Shown here: piece by piece, positions 9,697 through 20,129 of the stretch
How positions within the stretch are numbered: the first letter of the stretch is position 1
How the letters are laid out: each line of letters starts with the position of its first letter
Notes under the pieces: generated by a model
What the model saw: only the letters and a program-made list of their open reading frames with translations
Databases searched by the model: none
Told to the model about the DNA's origin: nothing
Made by a program: the position numbers and the translations under genes
NCBI GenBank assembly: GCA_964567775.1
Contig: CAZMPB010000002.1
Location: 1,376-54,336, forward strand
DNA length: 52,961 nt
From: an uncultured Bacteroidales bacterium
Lineage (GTDB): Bacteria > Bacteroidota > Bacteroidia > Bacteroidales > CAIWKO01
Direction: 5' to 3'

Positions 9697-9918
9697 TCAG
9701 TATTCATCCTCATGAAAGAAAAAATCTTCTTTGGTGGGATAATCAGGCCAGATATCCTCAATAGTCTCATAGATTTCGCCTTCATCTTCAATTTCCCTGA
9801 GATTTTCTATAACTTCAGGAGGTAATCCTGTCCGCAACGCATAATCAATTAACTCATCCTTAGTCGCCGGCCAGGGTGCATCTTCTAATTTTGATGCTAA
9901 CTCTAAAGTCCAATACAT
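9697..9918 (-). CDS. DUF2795-family small acidic protein
   Basis: 73 aa containing 'WPATKDELIDYA...G.P.EVIENL'. Confidence 0.75.
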   Translation of the reverse strand: MYWTLELASKLEDAPWPATKDELIDYALRTGLPPEVIENLREIEDEGEIYETIEDIWPDYPTKEDFFFHEDEY

Positions 9919-10099
9919 ATTTCCTGGTTTTAAATTTTTTGCAAAAATATATTAATTATTCAATAAAAGTCAAGCAAAATTTGTAAATATTTTATTATTC
10001 GCTGATAAGATCACTTTTATCCACACCCAATATTCGCGAAAGACCAATGTTTGTTGCATAACGCAGGCCATCAAAAAATATTGAGTAAAATAAAAAAAA

Positions 10100-10663
10100 T
10101 TATTTTTCCGGAATCCAAAAGTTTTCTTCAATACCAAGTTCGGCGGCAATAAAACGTGCCAACACAAAAAAATAATCGGACAGCCGGTTGATATATTTCA
10201 GCGCCATCAGTTGTTTGGCTTCGCTCAACTCCAACCGGGACATGGTACGTTCAGCGCGCCGGCATATGGTGCGTGCCACATGGCAATAGGAAACTATAGG
10301 ATATCCTCCCGGCAAAATGAAATGCTCCTGAACAGGCAAATGTTCGTTCATCCGGTCGATCTCCTGTTCCAGCTTTTTCACATCTTTTTCAATAATTCCG
10401 GGTAAAGAATTTAATATGTCGGACGTGCCTGCAGCAAGTATTGATCCGATACTAAAAATCTTTGTCTGAATAACAAACAATGTTTTTTTTGTTTCAGGTT
10501 CAATCGAAAAATCACGAACCAGGCCAACAAAAGAATTCAATTCATCAAGGGCACCATAAGCTTCCAGCCGCAGGTCCGATTTTTCAACACGTAGGCCTCC
10601 TATAAGCGAGGTCTGTCCTGAATCTCCTGTTTTGGTATAAATCTTTCTTTTGCGCTGTTTCAT
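10100..10663 (-). CDS. PduO-type ATP:cob(I)alamin adenosyltransferase
   Basis: '[18 protein letters not shown]...R.EAYG.LDELNS'. The ORF is 187 aa. Confidence 0.85.
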   Translation of the reverse strand: MKQRKRKIYTKTGDSGQTSLIGGLRVEKSDLRLEAYGALDELNSFVGLVRDFSIEPETKKTLFVIQTKIFSIGSILAAGTSDILNSLPGIIEKDVKKLEQEIDRMNEHLPVQEHFILPGGYPIVSYCHVARTICRRAERTMSRLELSEAKQLMALKYINRLSDYFFVLARFIAAELGIEENFWIPEK

Positions 10664-11403
10664 TCTTCTTTCTCTGCAATATTATCTTTTTGATAAAACT
10701 CAACTTTGCGGATGTTTTCATTGGGCTGGTCGGTGTCGATAAATCCGTCTTTAAGCCTTATGATGCGGTGTGCATGCCGGGCAATATCTTCTTCGTGTGT
10801 AACCAGAATGATGGTATTTCCTTTTTCGTATATCTCTTCGAGTAAGCCCATAATTTCTATCGACGTCTTCGAGTCCAGATTTCCGGTGGGTTCGTCTGCA
10901 AGAATGATGGAAGGCTTATTGACCAGTGCCCGGGCGATAGCCACGCGCTGGCGCTGCCCTCCCGAAAGTTCGTTGGGCTTATGAGTGATACGGTCGCCAA
11001 GCTGGACCTGCGCCAGGACTTCTTCAGCAAGTTTTATTCTTTTTTGCTTGCTAAACCCCGCATATACCAGTGGCAATGTAACATTATCAAGGGCGGTCGA
11101 CCGGGGCAACAGGTTGAACGTCTGAAACACAAATCCTATTTCTTTGTTGCGGATCTCGGCAAGTTCGTTATCCTCCAGCTTACTAACATCTTTGCTGTTA
11201 AGGATATATTGACCTTTTGTAGCCGTATCAAGGCATCCTAATATGTTCATCAGCGTAGATTTTCCAGAGCCGGAAGGTCCCATCAGCGCCACATATTCGT
11301 TTTTGTAAATAGTGATGGAAATATCCTGAAGGGCTTTTACAATATGGGTTCCGACCTTATAATGTTTGGAAATGCCGTTCAGGCTGATGATCTCTTGTTT
11401 CAT
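10660..11403 (-). CDS. ABC transporter ATP-binding protein (MacB/LolD family)
   Basis: Walker A 'GPSGSGKST', signature 'LSGGQRQR', Walker B '[11 protein letters not shown]'. Confidence 0.9.
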   Translation of the reverse strand: MKQEIISLNGISKHYKVGTHIVKALQDISITIYKNEYVALMGPSGSGKSTLMNILGCLDTATKGQYILNSKDVSKLEDNELAEIRNKEIGFVFQTFNLLPRSTALDNVTLPLVYAGFSKQKRIKLAEEVLAQVQLGDRITHKPNELSGGQRQRVAIARALVNKPSIILADEPTGNLDSKTSIEIMGLLEEIYEKGNTIILVTHEEDIARHAHRIIRLKDGFIDTDQPNENIRKVEFYQKDNIAEKEE

Positions 11404-11430
11404 ATAACAGGATTCTTAAACAAAGGTAAT

Positions 11431-12213
11431 TTAATACTTTAAAACAAAATGCTGTTTGGCTATTTTTTTATCAAAAAACACGATACCCAGACGATGCAGA
11501 TCAATACTGGTCCTGACTTCCGGATGATTCCATATTTCATTCCAGGCTTCTTTCATCCCCGGTGACCAGTAAATATCATCGAAAACAAAAACCGACCTCT
11601 CATCAGCAAATTTTAAACATTCAAAAAAATAGCGCAAGGTAGCTTCTTTGGTATGGTTGCCATCAAAGAAAATAAGCCCGGCACCTTTTGTTTTGTTCAG
11701 AGTTGGCATTAACACCTCATCAAAATTTCCAATAACTATATCTATATCCAATGAAAGTTTTTCAAAATGGGAACGGGCTGCTGCCGCAGTTTGCGGGCAG
11801 GCCTCAATGGTAGTTACAGGAATATGAGTATCCGCCAGCGACATGTACATAGCGCTTATTCCCAAAGAGGTTCCTAATTCAAGGATTTGATATGGTTTTA
11901 CATATTGAACGATACGGTAAAGTAAATAAGCATCCTTTTTTGAATTGGTATAATGCCGTATGATATCCGATATTTTTCGTTCTGCAGGCTTGGTCAGTTT
12001 TCCCGTACCAAAATCGCTGACAACAATATATGCTGATGACCGGCAAGCATTTTTCCTGATCTTTTCGACAACAATAAGTTCTTCCGGAAACTTTTGCTTT
12101 GAACGAATCACCTTAGTATAGAAATCGTAGGCAAAGGGTGAGTGTATCTTAAATTCAGACTTCGCTTGAATCTTATACCGGAAGAACTCTTTGAGCCGAA
12201 AGACGGTAATCAT
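11431..12213 (-). CDS. Class I SAM-dependent (O-)methyltransferase
   Basis: Motif I-like 'ILELGTSLGIS' and 'FFDGNH.K...FDDI.W'. Confidence 0.65.
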   Translation of the reverse strand: MITVFRLKEFFRYKIQAKSEFKIHSPFAYDFYTKVIRSKQKFPEELIVVEKIRKNACRSSAYIVVSDFGTGKLTKPAERKISDIIRHYTNSKKDAYLLYRIVQYVKPYQILELGTSLGISAMYMSLADTHIPVTTIEACPQTAAAARSHFEKLSLDIDIVIGNFDEVLMPTLNKTKGAGLIFFDGNHTKEATLRYFFECLKFADERSVFVFDDIYWSPGMKEAWNEIWNHPEVRTSIDLHRLGIVFFDKKIAKQHFVLKY

Positions 12214-12317
12214 AAAAAAATTTTATCCGTGTAAAAGTAATTTTTTTTTAAAAAGCACGGTTATATAAAGTCAAATTACTAATTTCGTCGATTAATTGTA
12301 AAACAAATATTAAAACT

Positions 12318-15300
12318 ATGAATATTCTGAAAAATTTCAAAATATTAAATAACATCCTTGGCTGGATGGTATTTATCGTTGCCTCTTCGGTCTATCTGCT
12401 TACAATGGAGCCTACAGCCAGTTGGTGGGACTGCGGAGAATATATTTCAACAGCTTTTAAACTTGAGGTAGGCCATCCCCCGGGAGCGCCATTATTTCAG
12501 CTGATGGGAAGGTTTTTCACCTTATTCGCAGGTAATGATGTAACTAAAGTAGCGATGATGGTGAACAGCATGTCGGCCATATTGAGCGGGTTCGCCATTT
12601 TATTTCTTTTCTGGTCTATCACAGCTATCGCCAAAAAATTATTTGTAAAAAGCAACAGTTACGACCTTACCACGCCACAGATATTCATCGTTCTGGGGGC
12701 CGGCCTTGTAGGCGCTTTAGCTTATACTTTCACCGACTCTTTCTGGTTTTCTGCTGTGGAGGGTGAAGTTTACGCTACTTCTGCATTTTTTACCGCCCTG
12801 GTTTTTTGGGCCATATTAAAATGGGAGGTAGCCGCCGACGAAAAATATGCCAACCGATGGATTGTCTTTATTGCTTTTATGATGGGATTATCTATCGGGG
12901 TTCACTTGCTGAACCTGCTTTGCATTCCGGCCATGACCATGCTTTATTATTTCAGAAAAGGCAAACAATCTAAGAAAAATTTCGTTCTGGCGCTGATCCT
13001 CTCGGTAATTATCCTCGGGGTTGTGCAATCAGGCATTATTCCTTGGACAGTGAAACTGGCAGGATATTTTGAGTTGTTCTTTGTCAACACGGCAGGCATG
13101 CCTTTTAATTCAGGAACGATTATTTATTTCGTATTATTAATCGGATTGATTACTTTCGGGTTGATCTATTCGAAAAAACGCGGTAAGACAATACTGAATA
13201 CTGTTATCTTGAGTTTTACTTTTATCATTATTGGTTATTCCTCATTTTTAATGCTGGTCGTCCGCGCCAACGCCAACCCGCCTATTAATGAAAATGCGCC
13301 AAAAGACGCGCTGACATTGCTTACTTATCTTAACCGCGACCAATACGGCGACTGGCCTGTATTATACGGTCAGTTTTTTAATACAAAAGTAATCGACTCT
13401 AAAGAAGGCGCTTACAATTATATTAAAGGAAAAGATAAATATATCCCGACAACCCGGAAGATTTCGTACAAATATGATCCTAACGGCTGCGGCCTGTTTC
13501 CGCGCATGTGGAGCGAGCAGGAAAGACATATCAAGGCCTATAAAGCATGGACTGGAACCAAGGGAAAGGGCAAACCGACTTTTGGCGAAAATCTTACATT
13601 CTTTTTCAGAAACCAGATCGGAAATCAGTATCTGCGCTACTTCATGTGGAATTTTGTCGGAAGGCAGAACGACATCCAGGGTTTTGGAATCGACGAAGCC
13701 GGAAACAGGGACGTTACTAACGGCAACTGGATCAGCGGTATTAAGTTCATAGATGCTGCACGTCTGGGAAACCAGGATCAACTGACAGAGAAAATGCTGT
13801 CGAACAAAGGCAGGAACACCTATTATTTTCTGCCCTTATTGCTTGGTCTTGCCGGCCTGATCTTTCATTTCTGGAAAAGCAAAAAAGATGCCTTTGTTGT
13901 TACCTTGCTTTTCCTGCTTACAGGCTTTGCGATTATTATTTACCTGAATCCCACACCATATCAGCCTCGTGAACGTGATTATGCTTATGCCGGTTCATTT
14001 TATGCTTTCGCAATATGGATAGGACTCGGAGTTGTTGCCCTTTATCATTTCCTGTCAAAGAAAATCCCGCAGATGGTAAGTGTAATTATTGCAACAGTGG
14101 CATGCCTCCTGCTTGTACCGGCGATCATGGCTACTCAAAACTGGGATGACCACAACCGTTCGGATAAATATGCCTGCCGCGACTATGCCAAAAACTACCT
14201 TGCTTCGTGTGCACCGAACGCAATTCTGATTACCAACGGCGACAACGACACATTCCCCTTATGGTACGTCCAGGAAGTTGAAGGTTTCAGAACCGACGTT
14301 CGTGTAGTCAACTTTACACTGGCCTCAGGTGATTGGTACATACATCAGTTGTTCAATAAAATTTACGAATCCGAACCCTTGCCATTTACCATACCTACAG
14401 ATAAATATACTGCCGGTACCAACGACTTTGTCCCTTATTATGAAAAAGACCCCAACAACGTGTGGGATCTGAAGAAGATGATCAATTTCATTAACAGTGA
14501 TAAAGAAGACAGCAAGGTCCAGTTACAGGATAAACGCAAGGTATCATTCATGCCTACTAAAAACTTATCACTTCGTGTTGACTCGGCAAAGGTATGTAAT
14601 AACGGCACCGTGCCGCGTTATCTGGCCGATCAGGTGGTAAAGGCAATAACCTGGAAAGTTAAAAAAAACACTTTGTACAAAAACGACCTGATGCTGCTTG
14701 ACCTGATAGCCACCAACAATTGGGAACGGCCCATTTATTTTGCAAGCCCTTCGAGTGTCGATGATTTTATTAATATAAGTGATTACTGTTTTCTGGAAGG
14801 CTGCGTTTACAGGTTTTTACCAGTAAAAGGCGATTCCAGAAGAGGTGGCGTGCTTACGGATGAGTCATATAATTGCTTCATGAACAAATTTGCTTACGGA
14901 AACCTCAATGATCCTAAGGTGTATGTTGACAAAGAAAGTTATGGAATGTCGTTGTATTTGCGAAATAATTTTGCACGTATCGCACAGGGAATGATCGCTG
15001 AAGGCAAAAAAGATAAAGCCTTAAAAGTCCTTAACAAAGGGGTTGAACTAATTCCTGACAGGGTTGCTCCTTATGATCTCTATATGATAGGTTATGGCGA
15101 ATTATATTTTAATGCCGGCGACAGCGCAAAAGGAAAAGAAATATTCAGCATTGTCGGTGATATTTATGATCAGAATCTTACATACTATCAAAGTGTAGAT
15201 CCTAAAACCTTCGACAAGAATGTGGCGTTCTCACTCAATGGCGTTGAGCAATCTGCGGGATTTTTCGGTGAAGATGTCCAGCAGGGGCTACAGGTTCTTC

Positions 15301-15431
15301 AGGCCCTGATGTCGTATTCGGATAAGTACGGGCAGAAACAAGAAGGGAAAAGATACCGCGAAATGCTCATGAAATACGTCCCGATGGCGCAACCCGGATC
15401 TGGTGGTGAGGGCGAACCCGGACAACAATAA
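12318..15431 (+). CDS. DUF2723-family large polytopic membrane protein (putative glycosyltransferase-like)
   Basis: 'EPT.SWWDCGEYI....KLEVGHPPGAPLFQ', about 11 TM segments, and a large soluble C-terminal TPR-like region. The ORF is 1037 aa. Confidence 0.8.
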   Translation: MNILKNFKILNNILGWMVFIVASSVYLLTMEPTASWWDCGEYISTAFKLEVGHPPGAPLFQLMGRFFTLFAGNDVTKVAMMVNSMSAILSGFAILFLFWSITAIAKKLFVKSNSYDLTTPQIFIVLGAGLVGALAYTFTDSFWFSAVEGEVYATSAFFTALVFWAILKWEVAADEKYANRWIVFIAFMMGLSIGVHLLNLLCIPAMTMLYYFRKGKQSKKNFVLALILSVIILGVVQSGIIPWTVKLAGYFELFFVNTAGMPFNSGTIIYFVLLIGLITFGLIYSKKRGKTILNTVILSFTFIIIGYSSFLMLVVRANANPPINENAPKDALTLLTYLNRDQYGDWPVLYGQFFNTKVIDSKEGAYNYIKGKDKYIPTTRKISYKYDPNGCGLFPRMWSEQERHIKAYKAWTGTKGKGKPTFGENLTFFFRNQIGNQYLRYFMWNFVGRQNDIQGFGIDEAGNRDVTNGNWISGIKFIDAARLGNQDQLTEKMLSNKGRNTYYFLPLLLGLAGLIFHFWKSKKDAFVVTLLFLLTGFAIIIYLNPTPYQPRERDYAYAGSFYAFAIWIGLGVVALYHFLSKKIPQMVSVIIATVACLLLVPAIMATQNWDDHNRSDKYACRDYAKNYLASCAPNAILITNGDNDTFPLWYVQEVEGFRTDVRVVNFTLASGDWYIHQLFNKIYESEPLPFTIPTDKYTAGTNDFVPYYEKDPNNVWDLKKMINFINSDKEDSKVQLQDKRKVSFMPTKNLSLRVDSAKVCNNGTVPRYLADQVVKAITWKVKKNTLYKNDLMLLDLIATNNWERPIYFASPSSVDDFINISDYCFLEGCVYRFLPVKGDSRRGGVLTDESYNCFMNKFAYGNLNDPKVYVDKESYGMSLYLRNNFARIAQGMIAEGKKDKALKVLNKGVELIPDRVAPYDLYMIGYGELYFNAGDSAKGKEIFSIVGDIYDQNLTYYQSVDPKTFDKNVAFSLNGVEQSAGFFGEDVQQGLQVLQALMSYSDKYGQKQEGKRYREMLMKYVPMAQPGSGGEGEPGQQ

Positions 15432-15445
15432 AATAATAAATTTGA

Positions 15446-15480
15446 AAAGGTCATCTGCACTAAAAACAGATGACTTTTTC
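15446..15480 (+). terminator. Intrinsic terminator after the DUF2723 gene
   Basis: Stem GGTCATCTG / CAGATGAC with a 9-nt loop, followed by TTTTT. Confidence 0.6.
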
Positions 15481-15498
15481 ATTTAACGACTAATCATT

Positions 15499-16179
15499 AT
15501 GCTGAATAAAAAAAATATTCTTGGGATAACCTGCTCCCTGATCATGTTATCTTCCTTTGCCCAGAAAACAGGCTGCATCGAAGGAAACTGCAAAGATGGC
15601 ACAGGAACCTATGCCTATGCTAACGGGAACAGGTATGAAGGCGAATTTAAAAATTATATGCTCAACGGAACCGGAACATTTACTTTTGCTACGGGTACAT
15701 GGGAAGGATGTAAATACACCGGCGAATGGAAAAATAATCTGATGAGCGGTACAGGAATTTTTTATTATGCCAACGGCGATAAATATGAAGGACAATTTGA
15801 AAAAAACAAATTGAACGGAACCGGCACATACACCTATAAAAATGGCGATGTTTATACCGGAGAATGGTCAGACAACAAATGCAGCGGTAAGGGCACTTTT
15901 AATTATGCCGACGGCGAATACAAAGGCTGCGTTTACACCGGGGACTGGAAAAACAGCAAGATGAACGGACAGGGAGTTTTTACCTGTGAAAACGGGAAAA
16001 AATACACGGGTCATTTAAAAAACAACATGAAAGATGGCGAGGGATTGCTTGTTTTTCCTGATGGTTCAATATACGAAGGCATGTTTGGTGAAAACAAATT
16101 TAATGGCGAAGGCTGTTATACCTACACTTCGGGCAAAAAAGTCTGCGGAAAGTGGAAAAACAATGAACTTCAAAAATAA
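15499..16179 (+). CDS. Secreted MORN-repeat protein
   Basis: Signal peptide followed by about 8 repeats of 'Y.GE(W/F)KN....G.G'. Confidence 0.8.
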   Translation: MLNKKNILGITCSLIMLSSFAQKTGCIEGNCKDGTGTYAYANGNRYEGEFKNYMLNGTGTFTFATGTWEGCKYTGEWKNNLMSGTGIFYYANGDKYEGQFEKNKLNGTGTYTYKNGDVYTGEWSDNKCSGKGTFNYADGEYKGCVYTGDWKNSKMNGQGVFTCENGKKYTGHLKNNMKDGEGLLVFPDGSIYEGMFGENKFNGEGCYTYTSGKKVCGKWKNNELQK

Positions 16180-16188
16180 AAAGTGGCA

Positions 16189-16319
16189 GTCTCAAAAATA
16201 GCCTTTGCTGAAAATCATCATTACCCTGTCCCTAAGGGTCGTGCTGATTTTCAGCGACTTCCACCCTTTAGGGAAGGGGTAAGAAGTCGGTGAAAATCAT
16301 TTTTAGGATGTTTTGAGAC
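16189..16319. other. Structured palindromic intergenic element (closing helix plus two hairpins); a possible ncRNA or REP-like unit
   Basis: Closing helix P1 pairs gtctcaaaa (16189-97) with ttttgagac (16311-19). Hairpin P2 pairs gctgaaaatca (16207-17) with tgattttcagc (16245-55). Hairpin P3 pairs cgacttc (16255-61) with gaagtcg (16283-89). All pairings are perfect. Confidence 0.4.
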
Positions 16320-16357
16320 ACCCTCTTTTTATATCGTGGAATTAATTTATTATAAAC

Positions 16358-16960
16358 CTATTTCTTCATTTTTGCTGTTTCAGAAATACCCGTATTTTCC
16401 GAAACAAACTCAAGTGAAGGCCTTCCAACCCACATACCTGTGCTGACCCCGCATTTCAGATAATATGTTTTACCTGCTTCAAGGTTCATGGATGCCGTCA
16501 CTTTGGGGGGTTCTGTCATGGCATTGAAAGTAACCAGCCCGGGATCGACTTTTGTCACAAAATAGGTATTATTTGCAACTTTTGTGATGTATTTGGTATC
16601 AGCATAAACATCATAAAACACAGTTAATCCTGAGGGCGAATTTTTCCGGTAAATAATCACAGTCGCCGGCTCCTGGCTGGCAGATTGCACAGGAGTAACA
16701 TTTTCACCCGTAGTTACAGTGGCGTCCGCCGAAAAAACCTCTTTCGTGCCGTTTGCATACTTGATCATAAAAACTTCCGATTTCTGGATCGTATACCAAG
16801 GACCATCCTGATTGTCGAATTTTTTATATTTTACTTCGGTTATACCGACTTCTTCTATTTTAGCACTTATCTCATCGCCATTCTTTTTGAAAATAACGTC
16901 CTGAGCCTGCAATGTGCTAAAAAAAACAATTCCGATTAAAATTAAAATAAACCTTTTCAT
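16358..16960 (-). CDS. Secreted protein, probably with a C-terminal DUF2846-like domain
   Basis: Signal peptide 'MKRFILILIGIVFFSTLQAQ'. The C-terminus 'IIYR......V.....Y.D...I..V.N..YF...V.PG' resembles DUF2846. Confidence 0.5.
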   Translation of the reverse strand: MKRFILILIGIVFFSTLQAQDVIFKKNGDEISAKIEEVGITEVKYKKFDNQDGPWYTIQKSEVFMIKYANGTKEVFSADATVTTGENVTPVQSASQEPATVIIYRKNSPSGLTVFYDVYADTKYITKVANNTYFVTKVDPGLVTFNAMTEPPKVTASMNLEAGKTYYLKCGVSTGMWVGRPSLEFVSENTGISETAKMKK

Positions 16961-17207
16961 AAATTATAGTTTTTGTTTCTGCTCCTTTACAGGTGGTTGC
17001 ATCATACCTTGATTATAATTTTGTTTATACAAATTTACAATTTTTTTTTATTTCTTTTCAAGATCCTTAAACTACTTTTTCAGAGTTTTTTGAAAAAAAT
17101 TCCGGAGCTTTTTATCAAAAATCAAACCAAAAACGTTATAAAAAAATTTCTATGAAAACCATACCATTAACCACCACCTCAAATTAACCAAATCATAAAA
17201 TAATTCT

Positions 17208-17215
17208 TATCTTTG
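17208..17215 (+). promoter_or_regulatory. Candidate -7 box (TATCTTTG) directly upstream of rbfA
   Basis: Matches TAnnTTTG and ends 6 nt before ATG 17221. This implies a near-leaderless transcript. Confidence 0.3.
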
Positions 17216-17220
17216 CATTC

Positions 17221-17559
17221 ATGGACAGTATAAGACTCAATAAAGTTTCGCGCCTGGTACAGAAAGAACTTGCCGACATTTTTCTGATTCAGGCAAAAAA
17301 AATTGCCGGCAACGCCATGATCACGGTTACCGCGGTAAAAGTCACCAAAGACCTTTCTTATGCAAGGGTGTATTTAAGTTTATTCGGAATTAAAAATAAA
17401 GAAGAACTTATCTCGTCAATCAATGAAAACCATAAGGAAATCAGGCGCAACCTCGGCAACAGCCTGAAAAATCAGTTGCGCATCATTCCCGAACTCGAAT
17501 TCATCCACGATGATTCACTCGACTATATCGACCATATTGACGAACTGCTGAAACACTAG
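17221..17559 (+). CDS. rbfA: Ribosome-binding factor A
   Basis: 112 aa containing 'R..KV..L.QKELA.I' and 'ITVT.V.VT.DLS.A.VY'. Confidence 0.85.
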   Translation: MDSIRLNKVSRLVQKELADIFLIQAKKIAGNAMITVTAVKVTKDLSYARVYLSLFGIKNKEELISSINENHKEIRRNLGNSLKNQLRIIPELEFIHDDSLDYIDHIDELLKH

Positions 17560-17560
17560 T

Positions 17561-18790
17561 TTGAATATCCCTGTTTACATAGCAAAACGCTACCTCTTTG
17601 CGAAAAAATCGCATAACATCATTAATATCATTTCGGCCATTTCAGTCGGGGGCATTACCATCGGCACGGCTGCGCTGATCATCGTTCTATCAGTTTTTAA
17701 CGGTTTTGAGAACATGGTCGTCACCATGTTCAACTCATTCAATCCCGACCTGAAAGTTACCTCTGTTGCAGGAAAGACGTTTAATGAAGACGACATTGCA
17801 CAAAAAAATATATTGAGCATCAGGGGCATAAGCCATATGACCAAAGTGATCGAAGAAAATGCCCTTGTGAAGTACCTCGACAAACAATATATCTGTACCA
17901 TTAAAGGTGTCAGCAGCGACTTTTACAACACCAGCCAGATCGACTCGATGATATTGAACGGGAAAGCCATCCTTGAGCAGGGCGAACAGAACTTTGCCAT
18001 TGTCGGAATGGGTGTTTCTTATAATCTCGGGCTGAACCTCAACGATTTTGAAAATCCCTTATCGGTTTATGTCCCTCGCCGTTTTAAAGGAAGCAGCGTC
18101 AATCCGGTGGATGCATTCAATAGCATGCTGATTCAACCTTCCGGTATTTTTTCCGTGCAGCAGGAATACGATCAGAAATATATGATCGTTCCGTTGCGCT
18201 TTGCCCGCGAACTGCTCGAATACGACAAACAACTCAGTGCGCTGGAATTAAAAGTTGACAAAACAGCCGATCATGCAAAAGTTCAAAAACAGCTACAGGA
18301 ACTGCTTGGCGATAAATACACTGTCAAAAACAAATACCAGCAGGAAGAACTGCTTTTCAAGATCATGAAATCCGAAAAGCTGGCGGTATTCATGATACTC
18401 TCCTTTATCCTGCTGATTGCGACATTCAACGTTATCGGATCGTTGAGCATGCTCATCATCGACAAAAGAAAAGATATTGCCGTGCTGAAAAGCCTTGGCG
18501 CCGGCAATCAGACCATCCGTAATATTTTCTTCACCGAAGGAATGATGATATCTTTATCCGGCGCACTGCTCGGACTGCTCCTGGGCGGTATCGTTTGCTG
18601 GGTACAGCAGACATTCGGCATCATTACAATTTCTTCCGGCTCAACTTTTGTGATGGAAGCCTATCCCGTGCGGATATTATTTTTAGATTTTGTTTATGTG
18701 CTTTTGATCGTAAGCATCATAGGATTTGTCGCCGCATGGTATCCGGTAAAATATATTTCAAAAAAACACCTGGAAGAAAGGCTCGCATAA
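17561..18790 (+). CDS. LolC/LolE-family (FtsX-like) ABC transporter permease
   Basis: TTG start 2 nt after the rbfA stop. Architecture is an N-terminal TM helix, a MacB-like periplasmic domain, and a C-terminal FtsX 3-TM domain. Confidence 0.85.
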   Translation: MNIPVYIAKRYLFAKKSHNIINIISAISVGGITIGTAALIIVLSVFNGFENMVVTMFNSFNPDLKVTSVAGKTFNEDDIAQKNILSIRGISHMTKVIEENALVKYLDKQYICTIKGVSSDFYNTSQIDSMILNGKAILEQGEQNFAIVGMGVSYNLGLNLNDFENPLSVYVPRRFKGSSVNPVDAFNSMLIQPSGIFSVQQEYDQKYMIVPLRFARELLEYDKQLSALELKVDKTADHAKVQKQLQELLGDKYTVKNKYQQEELLFKIMKSEKLAVFMILSFILLIATFNVIGSLSMLIIDKRKDIAVLKSLGAGNQTIRNIFFTEGMMISLSGALLGLLLGGIVCWVQQTFGIITISSGSTFVMEAYPVRILFLDFVYVLLIVSIIGFVAAWYPVKYISKKHLEERLA

Positions 18791-18947
18791 AAGTTATTTC
18801 AGCAGGCAATTTGCCTGGTGTCCACCGCGGCTGATTTTGCAAATTTATTTTTACTTTGTGGGTAATTTTAATTGCCAGCCTTTGATTCTCATAAATCTGC
18901 GATATAAAAATCAATTTTTTCATATTGCTATTTGCTTTTTTAATTCT

Positions 18948-18955
18948 TATTTTTG
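18948..18955 (+). promoter_or_regulatory. Candidate -7 box (TATTTTTG) upstream of the patatin gene
   Basis: Matches TAnnTTTG, 85 nt before ATG 19040. Confidence 0.25.
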
Positions 18956-19039
18956 TAATGTTTTATTTGAAATTATGATATAATTACCGGGCTATAATTC
19001 AACAAATGGAACTGATTACTAACCTTTAAGCAACTTTTT

Positions 19040-20083
19040 ATGGCAAAAAAAATCAGGATACTTTCAATAGACGGTGGCGGCATCAAAGGTATACTTCCGG
19101 GGACCATACTTCAGTATATAGAATCAGAGATCAACAAAAAAGAAGGTGCCAATAAGCGCCTGTCTGACTATTTTGACCTCATCGCCGGAACAAGTACCGG
19201 AGGAATTTTAACCAGCATTTATCTTACGCCGGGAAAAGATGGCCGTCCGAAATATACAGCCAAAGAGGCCGTCGATCTTTACATAGAAAAAGGCCATGAA
19301 ATATTTGATATTGGATTCTGGCACAAAATGAGAAGCGTCGGTGGCGTAACAGATGAAAAATTTCCTGTTGCCCATATTGAAAAAAATCTTAAAAAATATT
19401 TAGGTGATACAAAACTCAGTGAATTATTGAAACCATGTTTAATCACTTCCTATGAGATAACAAAGCGTGCGGCTGTTTTTTTTAATTCAGTTAACGGTAA
19501 AAAAGGTGAACTTGATGATTTTTATGTCAGAGATATATGCCGGGCCACTTCAGCGGCCCCAACCTATTTTGAAGCGGCATCCATAAAATCCATCTATGGG
19601 GCTCCGTATTCTTTGGTCGACGGGGGTGTCTTTGCCAATAATCCAGCATTGTGTGCCTATGCCGAGGCACGGAAAATGCCATTCAGCAAGATTCTTAATG
19701 ACCCTGGCAAACCCGATTTACCTTCTGCCAAAGACATGATAATTGTATCCATAGGAACAGGAGCCACGGGAAAATCATATTTATACAAAGATGCCAAAAA
19801 ATGGGGCGCCATTGGCTGGCTTTTGCCGATTATTGATATTCTCATGTCAGGAAACTCCGAAACTGTAAGCTATCAGTTAAAACAGATGTTTAAAACTTTA
19901 GATAATGAAGTAGACAAAAAAGATTATTTCAGGCTTGAACCAGCCATCGGGGAGGCAAAAACCGCTATGGACAATTCTTCGGCTGAAAATATCCGGAAAT
20001 TGGTAGAAGCCGGAAAACGTTATGTTACAGAACATGAAGATGAGTTAAATCATATCATTAACCGCCTTATTGAAACCCAATAA
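19040..20083 (+). CDS. Patatin-like phospholipase
   Basis: 'LSIDGGGIKG' oxyanion motif, 'GTSTGG' nucleophile elbow, and 'DGGVFANNP' catalytic Asp motif. Confidence 0.9.
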   Translation: MAKKIRILSIDGGGIKGILPGTILQYIESEINKKEGANKRLSDYFDLIAGTSTGGILTSIYLTPGKDGRPKYTAKEAVDLYIEKGHEIFDIGFWHKMRSVGGVTDEKFPVAHIEKNLKKYLGDTKLSELLKPCLITSYEITKRAAVFFNSVNGKKGELDDFYVRDICRATSAAPTYFEAASIKSIYGAPYSLVDGGVFANNPALCAYAEARKMPFSKILNDPGKPDLPSAKDMIIVSIGTGATGKSYLYKDAKKWGAIGWLLPIIDILMSGNSETVSYQLKQMFKTLDNEVDKKDYFRLEPAIGEAKTAMDNSSAENIRKLVEAGKRYVTEHEDELNHIINRLIETQ

Positions 20084-20129
20084 TATATATTTTCTGTCGC
20101 AGGCCTTAGAAAAATCCAAACTAAAAATA

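Noticed and set aside
13362-13781. A 139-aa antisense ORF inside the DUF2723 gene. Similar embedded ORFs include 5519-5737, 22238-22519, 23349-23648, 30448-30807, 32986-33306, 36715-37029, 41666-42250 and 49670-50026.
   Set aside because: All are nested opposite or out of frame within long ORFs that have clear family motifs. They show low-complexity or unbiased composition and have no start context, so I treat them as shadow ORFs.
18717-18923. A 68-aa minus-strand ORF spanning the lolE-like gene end and the spacer.
   Set aside because: It overlaps the 3' end of a well-supported CDS, and its sequence is low-complexity and basic with no motif.
19040-20083. The patatin-like phospholipase considered as an effector of a CBASS-like or other anti-phage system.
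   Set aside because: There is no cyclase, sensor, NTPase or other defence-type partner adjacent. It is flanked by Lol/MacB-type permease genes and has its own promoter, so it is most simply a stand-alone lipid hydrolase.
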